Both the position numbers and the translations under genes were made by a program. Shown piece by piece: positions 40,688-48,986 of a stretch of 64,000 bases of DNA. The DNA is taken from contig CAWGYA010000008.1 of NCBI GenBank assembly GCA_963826715.1, positions 640,001 to 704,000 on the forward strand, given 5' to 3'. The notes beneath the pieces were generated by a model. That model made no database searches and was not told the origin of the DNA. It worked only from the letters and a program-made list of their open reading frames with translations. This stretch comes from Candidatus Bathyarchaeota archaeon. Its GTDB lineage: Archaea; Thermoproteota; Bathyarchaeia; Bathyarchaeales; Bathycorpusculaceae. Position 1 is the stretch's first letter; the number at the start of each line of letters is the position of its first letter.

Positions 40688-40974
40688 CGTCACAAGTCAC
40701 AGTTTTTGCCATCATTTTTTACCTATTTTATGATGTTAAAAGCGCTCCTATAAAGCCTACAATTATCAAATATTTCTACAAAATAAGCTCTAATTGACGT
40801 TATTTTCCTCTTGGACAGGCAAGCATTAATGGGTAAGCGTTAAGATTGTGATGTGTGATGTCATGTTTGGATGTGATAATATCACCGTAAACCTTAAAAA
40901 TCCATGGGAATTATTGTGATGTGTGATGTAACCTTTAAAATCACGGTTAAGTCACAACTGAATCACATGGTGAT
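40682..40974. repeat. GTGA/TCAC array B
   Basis: 13 cores; TTGTGACGTCACAA palindrome (40682-40695); 17-bp direct repeat ATTGTGATGTGTGATGT (40845-40861, 40913-40929); GTGATA-A-TATCAC (40873-40885). Confidence 0.85.
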
Positions 40975-40980
40975 GAGATC

Positions 40981-41757
40981 ATGGCTGACCTTACATGGGT
41001 AATCTTGGGGGTTTTGGTGGCTGTAACAGCGGTAGCTGCCTACGAATACTACAGGCAAATCCGTATGGCCCACAAAGAATACAGCAAAGCTCGCGATTTT
41101 ATTCAAGATATAGTGCTAAGTTTCAACCGTGAACTCAAACGAGAATCTAACCGCTTTGAATCCATGGTCGCGAAAGTCGATGGAAGCTACGTGTCAGCAG
41201 AATCCAGCTACAGAAAAGTCGAAAGCTTGGAGAAAAAAGTTGAACCCCTACAAGAGCAACTTAGCGTCCTAACCCAATCCTATCAGTCCTTGTCACAGAA
41301 CAGCTCAGAAACCAGCCAAAATAGCACCACCATACTCTCTGGGATAGAGGGGCTTGAATCCAAGCTTAAAGACATCGAAGCTACCCAAGAAACGTTGAGG
41401 AACAGAATCACCGGTTTCGAGGAGCAAATACAGAAACTCTCCATGGCTCAGCCTTCTGTTAAGCAGGCCGAATTGGAAGTTGTGCTGCCACCTATTCCCA
41501 TTAAACGAGATAAAGCCCTAGCCGCACTTACTGAAACGGAGATTGTGGTTTTGGAGATGCTCGTAAAAGAAGGCGCTAAAACAGCCCCTGAAATTAAAGA
41601 GCGGGTTAAGCTTAGTAGGGAACATACTGCTCGTCTTATGAAAAAGCTCTATGAGGAGGGCTACTTGGAGCGGGAAATTGGTAAGATTCCGTTCCGATAT
41701 AGCCTTAAAAAGGAAATGGAGTCCCTGCTTCAGAAAATCGAACCCTCAGTCGCATAA
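40981..41757 (+). CDS. Membrane-anchored coiled-coil winged-helix protein
   Basis: N-terminal TM (WVILGVLVAVTAVAAY), about 130-aa heptad-rich region, Pro linker, C-terminal wHTH (LTETEIVVLEML...SREHTARLMKKLYEEGYLER). Confidence 0.8.
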   Translation: MADLTWVILGVLVAVTAVAAYEYYRQIRMAHKEYSKARDFIQDIVLSFNRELKRESNRFESMVAKVDGSYVSAESSYRKVESLEKKVEPLQEQLSVLTQSYQSLSQNSSETSQNSTTILSGIEGLESKLKDIEATQETLRNRITGFEEQIQKLSMAQPSVKQAELEVVLPPIPIKRDKALAALTETEIVVLEMLVKEGAKTAPEIKERVKLSREHTARLMKKLYEEGYLEREIGKIPFRYSLKKEMESLLQKIEPSVA

Positions 41758-41796
41758 AAATAGGTTGATTTTCACATTTTATGAAGAGTTGAGAAC

Positions 41797-42228
41797 TTAC
41801 TTTATGCGTGACTTTATTGTTGCCGCTGGAATGTTAGACACTGTTTTGTATTTGAGGTTGTTTGATGTACCAGTGCGCATCAACAAGCCCTTTGTAGTCA
41901 TTCTTGAAAGGTACGTGGATATTGTACTTAGGCTAACGGGTTCTTTGAGTTCCTGTTCATAAATTGATTGAATATCTTTGGAGGAGAACCAGATTAGGGG
42001 AAAGTTTTTCTGGATAACTAATTGTACCTTTTCAAAACGAGAAAGATTCCGGTTGGATATTGTAGGGCTCGAAGAGACATTGGGACTTTCAGTCGGCGCG
42101 CTACCTAGCAATTCGACAAGATCCAGTAGGCGCAGAGCTTTATCGCGGGTAACTTGACCTTCAAAAGCAATAGTATAACGATTACCATCACTATCGAACA
42201 GCTCAACGCGCATTTTGCGAGCCGGCAT
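41797..42228 (-). CDS. Two-domain winged-helix protein transcribed away from oriC
   Basis: Small N-terminal beta/alpha domain, S/P linker, C-terminal wHTH (FSSKDIQSIY...SLSTISTYLSRMTTKGLLMR). Confidence 0.75.
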   Translation of the reverse strand: MPARKMRVELFDSDGNRYTIAFEGQVTRDKALRLLDLVELLGSAPTESPNVSSSPTISNRNLSRFEKVQLVIQKNFPLIWFSSKDIQSIYEQELKEPVSLSTISTYLSRMTTKGLLMRTGTSNNLKYKTVSNIPAATIKSRIK

Positions 42229-42244
42229 CTAATTTACACCTAGG

Positions 42245-42604
42245 TTGTTCACAAAATCTACACTTCACGGCATATAACTGTGATGGTGAACAAAGAGAAA
42301 TAGACGGGGTTATTTTAGGCTTTGAATTTATTTTTATCCATATTTTAGACTTTTTACAGGATAACAAGCTTCACATGTTAACAGAACTACAAAATGATTT
42401 CAGTTCAAGCTTAGTTCGCTTTTTCCAGTAGAAGCAGAGGGGTGGCTGCTTCACAGTAAAGAGACAGAATTAGAGTAAATTAACAAAAAACAAGTCTTTT
42501 AAAGCAACAGTTTTTTGGTATTTAATATGGATTCACAAATCTGTGAACGGTAAAGATGAAAAAAATCAACTAAAAAATATTTTTAGCAGCCAGGATCAGG
42601 TGAT
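42245..42604. repeat. TTCAC/GTGAA array C
   Basis: 9 cores, 7 of them TTCAC/GTGAA; inverted pair TTGTTCAC/GTGAACAA (42245-42252, 42286-42293); TTCACA-AATC-TGTGAA (42532-42547). Confidence 0.7.
42423..42443 (+). promoter_or_regulatory. ORB-like element
   Basis: TTCCAGTAGAAGCAGAGGGGT resembles the ORB consensus TTCCAGTGGAAAC...GGGG. Confidence 0.65.
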
Positions 42605-42677
42605 TAGTATGTCATGACTAATTTACTACCTGTTATTGTGTTTTTAGCTATTTTTTATTGGTTTTTGAAGCTAAACG

Positions 42678-42701
42678 CACACCCCTATGTTTCCGCTCGA
42701 A
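42678..42701 (-). promoter_or_regulatory. ORB element
   Basis: Minus strand TTCGAGCGGAAACATAGGGGTGTG with G-string. Confidence 0.8.
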
Positions 42702-42779
42702 GTTTTACGGGTAAAAAAGAAGTTTGGCAAGGCTGAAAAAAAATTCGCATAAGTTTTGTTTAGGATTTTAGACAGATAT

Positions 42780-42865
42780 CATTAATATATAAAAATCCTA
42801 TTAGAACTTAGAGTATAGTTCTATATATATATATAATAATAATAATAATATGAATTTTAAAATAA
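42780..42865. other. AT-rich DNA unwinding element
   Basis: Very AT-rich tract with (TA)n then (AAT)n run at about 42822-42851, between inverted ORBs. Confidence 0.75.
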
Positions 42866-42877
42866 CTCACTGATTTT

Positions 42878-42901
42878 TTCCAATAGAAACATTGGGGTGT
42901 G
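42878..42901 (+). promoter_or_regulatory. ORB element
   Basis: TTCCAATAGAAACATTGGGGTGTG, inverted relative to the 42678-42701 box. Confidence 0.85.
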
Positions 42902-43048
42902 TGTTCTTCCCTTTTTGTTTAATTGTTATAGCCTTTAACCATCCTTTTGTAGGAATATGTTGTGCCAAAACCAGTTTTTTGTACTGATTCATTTATCTGT
43001 TCCACTCGAAGTAACGGTTCTACCTGTGTAACAGATAGCGTGGACAAC

Positions 43049-44284
43049 ATGGGAAATTCAAGCATATTAGATGACGTATTTGATAATTTCGTTAACGGGA
43101 CAAAACTTTTCAAAGATCGAGAAGTTCTACGTCATGACTACTTACCTGATAAACTACCCCATAGAGAAGATCAAATTCGCCTTTTAGGTGCTACTGTGGC
43201 TCCCGTGCTAAAAAATGCTCGATGCTCAAACATCTTCATTTATGGTAAAACTGGGACCGGGAAAACTGCCGTTGCAAAATATGTTCTCAGTCATTTAGAG
43301 TCAAAAGCTAAAGAATACGGTGCACAAATCAAATTTTGTTATATTAATTGCCGCATGACAGGTTCAGAATATCGTGTTTTTGCTAATCTTAGCCAAAGCT
43401 TAGGCTTAACAATTCCATTTACTGGGCTCTCTGTTGGAGAAGTTTTTGACAGATTTCGCTCAGGTCTTGATCAATCCAGAATAATATTCATTATTGTTCT
43501 CGATGAGGTGGATGCCCTAATTAAGGATCGTGGCGACGCCTTCATGTACGAACTTACTCGAATAAATGAAACACTGAGTAAAAGTAAGGTTTCTATAATC
43601 GGCATATCAAATGATTTACGCCTTAAAGAATTTCTTGATCCAAGAGTATTCAGTTCGCTTAGTGAAGAAGAATTAGTTTTTCGACCTTATGATGCAGCGG
43701 AACTTCGTAACATATTACTTGAACGTTCAAAGTTAGCTTTCCAAGATAACGTTTTATCAGATTCTGCTCTGAGTATTTCATCTGCTTTAGCTGCAGCGGA
43801 ACATGGTGATGCACGACGTGCTCTGGATTTGCTGCGTGTAGCAGGTGAAGTAGCGGAGCGCGAGAATGCAAAATCTGTTACTGAGGAGCATGTTCGGCAA
43901 GCCGAAAAGCACATTGAGCATAATCGGGTTGTTGAAGCCCTCAACAATCTTACCCTTCATTCCAAATTGGTGCTACTCAGTGTCTATCACTTAAACAAGT
44001 CAAATTCAACCACAGGTGAAATCTATGATGTTTATAATGAACTCTGTTGTGAGATGGGTTCGGGACTGCTAACTCAGCGACGCTTGGGCACATTGGTGAA
44101 TGAGCTTGATTCAATGGGACTTGTCAACGCCAAAGTGGTAAGTATGGGTAGATACGGCAGAACTAAAAAAATCCGTCTTGAAATCTCCAGAGGCTTAATC
44201 CGTGATGTTTTTGGTGGTGATGCCCGTTTCAGTCAAATCATTAGCTATAAGACTAAGGGTATGCATAAACCCATTGATAGCTAA
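43049..44284 (+). CDS. cdc6: Orc1/Cdc6 replication initiator
   Basis: LPHRE, YGKTGTGKT, VLDEVD, F.PY, HGDARRALDLLR, C-terminal wHTH GRYGRTK; ATG 43049 preferred over GTG 42962. Confidence 0.97.
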   Translation: MGNSSILDDVFDNFVNGTKLFKDREVLRHDYLPDKLPHREDQIRLLGATVAPVLKNARCSNIFIYGKTGTGKTAVAKYVLSHLESKAKEYGAQIKFCYINCRMTGSEYRVFANLSQSLGLTIPFTGLSVGEVFDRFRSGLDQSRIIFIIVLDEVDALIKDRGDAFMYELTRINETLSKSKVSIIGISNDLRLKEFLDPRVFSSLSEEELVFRPYDAAELRNILLERSKLAFQDNVLSDSALSISSALAAAEHGDARRALDLLRVAGEVAERENAKSVTEEHVRQAEKHIEHNRVVEALNNLTLHSKLVLLSVYHLNKSNSTTGEIYDVYNELCCEMGSGLLTQRRLGTLVNELDSMGLVNAKVVSMGRYGRTKKIRLEISRGLIRDVFGGDARFSQIISYKTKGMHKPIDS

Positions 44285-44285
44285 T

Positions 44286-45866
44286 TTAAAGAAAAGAAAG
44301 CACAGTTGTCTCCAATGTTTGAAGATTCACCACCGGCACCTTGCCTGGTGTTGGGACTAGCCCTAGCTTTTCCATATAGTCAGTTTGTTCTTGCCACCCA
44401 CCTGAATTAACAACTAACACTCCTCGGTAATTACAAAAGCCTAAAACGTGGATGTGCCCTGCGTGGAAGATGTCCGGAACTTTGTCGACAACTAGGAAAT
44501 CTCGATTTTCTGGTGAAAGCATTGTTTTTCCACCATAGACAGGAGCAAGGTGCCGACCTTGCAAAAGCAGTTTCATTGATTTTTCAGGGTGGTCATTATC
44601 CATTCCCGGAACAACTCCGATTATATCATTTAGGCTTACGCCATGAAACATCAAAACCTCAACTCCATGTATACTGAGGTAGCATGGACTGCCGACAGAA
44701 TGAATGTTATTTTTCCCTTTAATTCCATTTAGATAGCCCTCAGGAATAGCGGGTTGAGGCTGGGATTTACGTGCGGCATCATGATTGCCTGGAGAAATTA
44801 CAATTTCAATATAGTCAGGAATTTTACTAAGGTATTTTGCGGCAAAATTATACTGTTTGTGGATATTGCGGATGGTTAGCTCTTTCTGTTGATCAGGATA
44901 GATACCGATACCATCCACGATGTCCCCTGCAACTAATACGTATTTTACTCTACCAGCGATTTCCTGCATGGACGGTGAGCCGTATTTCCCTCGAAGCCAT
45001 TGTATAAAGTTTTTAAAAGCCTTTTTGTTAAATTTAGTGCTTCCCACATGAATGTCTGATGTTAAAACTGCGTAAATGGGCTCATTTGCTCGATTTGGTG
45101 GTTTTCTGCCTACTTCTGGAAGAATTATATCCTCTGCCATTAATAGGTCGGAGCGAGTTTTAATAACGGCTGCACAGAAAATCGTGTCGGGCAAAATCAT
45201 AAGTGCCTTCTTCTTTACTTCTTCTGGTGCCTTCTGCGGAACCATAATAGTTGCATTTCCTTGAAGATCCTCTACAGAGAGAATAATATTGTTTTTTGCA
45301 TCACGCTTCTCAGTTAGCATGCAGATGATTTTGAGCTTGGTTTTGGGCTGAGATTTTAGTGCTTCCGCAATAGGTGTGGCGGCTCTAACATCCATTCTTT
45401 GGCGAAGCACTCTTTCTATGCGTTTAAAACGGTCTTGGAAGTAGCTGCTATATTCGTTGAGGGTCCCGTTGGAGGTCAATTCTCCCGTATGGTCTTGGAG
45501 GATGACTAGTTCTGAGGGAATGTATTTGGCGTAAGGATAAAACTCGTTTGCATCTTCGCCTTGTATTGTTATTGCAGGCTTGGGGGCCCTTGGTGTTTCC
45601 GTTGTGGGGTAGCTTACTTGAGGAAGTTCAACTATAACTTCAGGGATTGTCGTTGTCTGCTGCATAATCGCTTCCAAAAAGCTACGTTCGATAAACATGG
45701 GTTTTTCCTGCAGTGCCTCTAATCTCTGCAAAGCCATGTTCATTATCAAGGCGGGGTCGTGTTGTGAGTTTTGGATGAGAAACTCGAAAGCTTCACTATT
45801 CAACTGATAACCTGCAGCAATAGTAGCCTCGATTGCATTTTGGAGTTTCTCTTCTACACTTATCAC
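44286..45866 (-). CDS. polB: DNA polymerase D small subunit DP1
   Basis: YFQDRF, SDIHVGS, AGDIVDG, PGNHD, HLAP, GHIH, NSGGWQEQT. Confidence 0.96.
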   Translation of the reverse strand: MISVEEKLQNAIEATIAAGYQLNSEAFEFLIQNSQHDPALIMNMALQRLEALQEKPMFIERSFLEAIMQQTTTIPEVIVELPQVSYPTTETPRAPKPAITIQGEDANEFYPYAKYIPSELVILQDHTGELTSNGTLNEYSSYFQDRFKRIERVLRQRMDVRAATPIAEALKSQPKTKLKIICMLTEKRDAKNNIILSVEDLQGNATIMVPQKAPEEVKKKALMILPDTIFCAAVIKTRSDLLMAEDIILPEVGRKPPNRANEPIYAVLTSDIHVGSTKFNKKAFKNFIQWLRGKYGSPSMQEIAGRVKYVLVAGDIVDGIGIYPDQQKELTIRNIHKQYNFAAKYLSKIPDYIEIVISPGNHDAARKSQPQPAIPEGYLNGIKGKNNIHSVGSPCYLSIHGVEVLMFHGVSLNDIIGVVPGMDNDHPEKSMKLLLQGRHLAPVYGGKTMLSPENRDFLVVDKVPDIFHAGHIHVLGFCNYRGVLVVNSGGWQEQTDYMEKLGLVPTPGKVPVVNLQTLETTVLSFL

Positions 45867-46088
45867 TTTTTAGACCTTTATTCCCTTTTTTTATACCGTG
45901 TATTTGTTAGGCTCTATGGCTTTTGGGTTATTTACTGTTTTTTGTTTTTATAGTTCCCCCTGATTAAAACTCTTTTTCAAACTTTTAACCCATAGCTTGA
46001 AAAATAGTTCTTTGATTGATAATGACGGGGTTTAAGCAATTTATATAAGCTGTGTAATGTTTAGATTTGTTATATCTTGGTGTGCTTT

Positions 46089-47060
46089 ATGGGTGATTTG
46101 CGTAAAATTCAACAGACGCCAACCGGAACCTTCTTTGTTTGTTTACCTCGCGAATGGGCGAGAGAGAATGGTCTGCAGAAGGGAATCTTGGTTGATCTAG
46201 ATGTAACTGCTGACGGCAAACTTTTGGTTGACTCCAAATACGATGTTGAACAGCTGCCCAAAGTGGCATCGCTTAAGGTTGGACCATTTTTGAACCGCGA
46301 AATTGTTGGACGGTATCTATTAGGATATGATGTTATTCGTGTTGAAGCCAAGGATCGTATTGACTCAAGCGTGCGAACCTTGATTAAATCAACGGCTAAC
46401 TCTTTGGCGGGCTTGATGATTGTTGAGGAAACAACCTCTATGATGTCGCTTCAGTGTCTTATGCAGCAACCTTTCACGTCACCCGAGAAGATTTTGCAGC
46501 GCAATAATGCAAGCGCAGCGAGGATGATTCGTGATGCAGCAAACTCATTTGTTAACTTAGACATGGATCTTGCTAAAAATGTGATTGAGCGGGATGTTGA
46601 GAACAACAAGTTTTATTTTTTACTTGTCAGAATTTTGAGAACCATTATCCAAAATCCTCGGCTAAGCGAAAAACTTGCCATATCTCCCATTGAATGTCTT
46701 GATTATCGTTTAGCTTCAAGCCTTATTGAAGGCATAGGAGATGCATGTGTGCAGATGGCATCGACTACCTTGGCACTCAACGGAACCAAACTTTCGGAGG
46801 ACCTACGCAAACTGTTGCTGGATTTGCAGTTAACCTGTTGCGAAGCAAATGAGCAAGCCTTCAAAGCATTCCTTGGTAAAGACATTTCACTAGCTGAAAA
46901 TGTTCGAAGCTTGAAAGCTAAAATCGAGGTTAACTCGTCTAAAATCGAATCTGTAGCAAAGGACTCCTCGGTGGATTTAATGCCGCAGATTCTTTCAGCA
47001 GTGTCCTTTTTACGGCAGATTTACGAACGCAGCGTTGATATGGCAGATTTAGTTGTTTAG
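46089..47060 (+). CDS. AbrB-PhoU phosphate uptake regulator
   Basis: RKIQQT..TFFVCLPREW AbrB domain, YLLGYD, two PhoU-like helical repeats. Confidence 0.85.
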   Translation: MGDLRKIQQTPTGTFFVCLPREWARENGLQKGILVDLDVTADGKLLVDSKYDVEQLPKVASLKVGPFLNREIVGRYLLGYDVIRVEAKDRIDSSVRTLIKSTANSLAGLMIVEETTSMMSLQCLMQQPFTSPEKILQRNNASAARMIRDAANSFVNLDMDLAKNVIERDVENNKFYFLLVRILRTIIQNPRLSEKLAISPIECLDYRLASSLIEGIGDACVQMASTTLALNGTKLSEDLRKLLLDLQLTCCEANEQAFKAFLGKDISLAENVRSLKAKIEVNSSKIESVAKDSSVDLMPQILSAVSFLRQIYERSVDMADLVV

Positions 47061-47175
47061 GTTTCTTAAATAATCGTATTGATGTGTTGGCTCAGAAATT
47101 TAAAGTGCAGTAGTATGTTGGTTCACTATTGCTAAAGGGTTAAATCTACAGGTCACTATTCACAATGAGATATCT

Positions 47176-47799
47176 ATGTCCTCAGTTACTGATAAAATCG
47201 CTAATGCTCTCTTTATCTCTGAGTGCCTGCGGTTTGACAGCTTCAAAATCAAGTCAGGAGCGACCAGCCCCTACTACATCGATTTAGCGCGTGTTCTTTC
47301 GGCACCAATGCAGATGGATGCTATAGCAGAGTCTGCGGCAGAGAAAATACGGCAAATCCAAGAAGGAGAATGCATAAACAAGTTAGCGTCAATCGAGCTT
47401 AAAGGCGCTTTAATTGTCCCCAGCATAGCTCTGAAGCTCAACATGCCTTGCATAATTGTTCGAAAAGAAGCGAAAGCGTATGGTATTACGGGTCGAATTG
47501 CTGGCGCTGATGTTAACAAAGGTGATAACATTCTTTTTTTTGACGATGTTATCAGCGAAGGCTTATCAAAGGTCGAAGGAATTAAAACACTTTTGGATTT
47601 AGGGGCAAACGTGAAGCATATTTTAGTTGTAGTTAATCGCGAACACGGTGGCAAAGAGCATCTAGAAAAACTCGGCTACCGTGTTCATGCTTTAGCTAAA
47701 ATCTCCGACGTAGTTACGTCGCTATCCGACAGAGGTTATATTTCAAAGGAGCAGGCTGCTAGAGTCTTAGATTATATCGTACAGTTCAAACTCGAATAA
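47176..47799 (+). CDS. pyrE: Orotate phosphoribosyltransferase
   Basis: KSGATSPYYID, RKEAKAYG, FDDVISEGLS. Confidence 0.85.
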   Translation: MSSVTDKIANALFISECLRFDSFKIKSGATSPYYIDLARVLSAPMQMDAIAESAAEKIRQIQEGECINKLASIELKGALIVPSIALKLNMPCIIVRKEAKAYGITGRIAGADVNKGDNILFFDDVISEGLSKVEGIKTLLDLGANVKHILVVVNREHGGKEHLEKLGYRVHALAKISDVVTSLSDRGYISKEQAARVLDYIVQFKLE

Positions 47800-47977
47800 T
47801 GTATACTTCTATTGATCAATGGTGTGTTACCTTGTGGGTATTTAGCTTTCCTAAAAGGGGCCTTATCAAGATACGTAATTAGGCAATTCATTGACTAACC
47901 TATAACCTATCTACAAAAGCAATCCATATTCTTTATTGCTTACTCGCCCCAAGAATAGCTGCAAGGAAGTTACAAAA

Positions 47978-48982
47978 ATGCCCAGCGAAATCGTTCAAGC
48001 ACTTCTTAACCCAGAAACTTACCCCGAAGAATCAGGCGAAATTCAACTTATACAAACCCATATCTCGTTTGTTTTTGTAACCAAAAATTACGTCTACAAA
48101 GTCAAAAAGTCAGTAAACTTTGGTTTTCTAGATTTCTCCACACTCGAAAAAAGGCATGTCTTCTGCGATAAAGAACTCCAACTAAACAGGCGGCTTTGTC
48201 CAGAAATCTACTTATCCGTAGTTCCCATAAACAAAGTTGACGCTATCATAAAGATAGATGGTGTGGGCGAAACAATCGAGTACGCAGTTAAAATGAAGAG
48301 ACTGCCCCAAGAATGCATAATGACCACCCTTCTGCAAGAGAGCAAAGTGGGTAAGAAAACCATAGATGAAATCGCATCTATAGTCGCCAAATTCCACGAA
48401 AAGGCTCAAACCAACAAAACCATTAGCAACTTTGGCTCCCTTGACATTGTGAAAGCCAATTGGAATGAAAACTTTTCTCAGACCCAAAAATACATAGGAC
48501 AAACCATAACCAAAGCCCACTTTGAATTCATCAAGAATAAAATAGATCACTTCATAACTCAAAACAAACCTCTTTTTGAAGAGCGCATCACTCACGGATG
48601 CATCCGTGACTGCCATGGTGACTTACACTCGGGGAACATTTTTGTAACAGACAAAATATGCATTTTTGATGCCATCGAATTCAATGATCGCTTCCGATAC
48701 AGCGACGTAGCCGCAGATGTAGCGTTTTTAGCTATGGATCTCGACTACCAAAACCAAAGGGACTTGGCCAACTACTTCATTTCGCAATACCTTGCTTACT
48801 CCAAGGATACTAAACTAAAACGGGTTTTATCCTTCTATAAGTGCTATCGTGCTTATGTGCGGGGAAAAGTGGTTAGTTTCCGACTTGACGATTCAAACAT
48901 AAAAGCGGAGGAAAAATCTGTCGCAACTAAGGAAGCCTCAGCATATCTACAGCTATCCTTTGAGTACGCTGTAACTCTTTGA
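47978..48982 (+). CDS. COG2187-type aminoglycoside-phosphotransferase-like kinase
   Basis: QTHIS, YKVKK.VNFGFLDFSTLEKR, CHGDLH, DAIEFN, YRAYVRGKV. Confidence 0.85.
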   Translation: MPSEIVQALLNPETYPEESGEIQLIQTHISFVFVTKNYVYKVKKSVNFGFLDFSTLEKRHVFCDKELQLNRRLCPEIYLSVVPINKVDAIIKIDGVGETIEYAVKMKRLPQECIMTTLLQESKVGKKTIDEIASIVAKFHEKAQTNKTISNFGSLDIVKANWNENFSQTQKYIGQTITKAHFEFIKNKIDHFITQNKPLFEERITHGCIRDCHGDLHSGNIFVTDKICIFDAIEFNDRFRYSDVAADVAFLAMDLDYQNQRDLANYFISQYLAYSKDTKLKRVLSFYKCYRAYVRGKVVSFRLDDSNIKAEEKSVATKEASAYLQLSFEYAVTL

Positions 48983-48986
48983 TCTC

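Larger units (their letters stand above)
42423..43012. other. Chromosomal replication origin (oriC)
   Basis: Several ORB-like boxes, two inverted around an AT-rich DUE, directly upstream of cdc6/orc1. Confidence 0.88.

Noticed and set aside
39705-42620. GTGA/TCAC arrays as a CRISPR array or as CRP sites
   Set aside because: No 25-40 bp repeats with regular spacers and no cas genes; half-site order and spacing do not follow TGTGA-N6-TCACA
42962-43048. N-terminal extension of Cdc6 from GTG 42962
   Set aside because: Not Cdc6-like and contains a mini-ORB; ATG 43049 fits better
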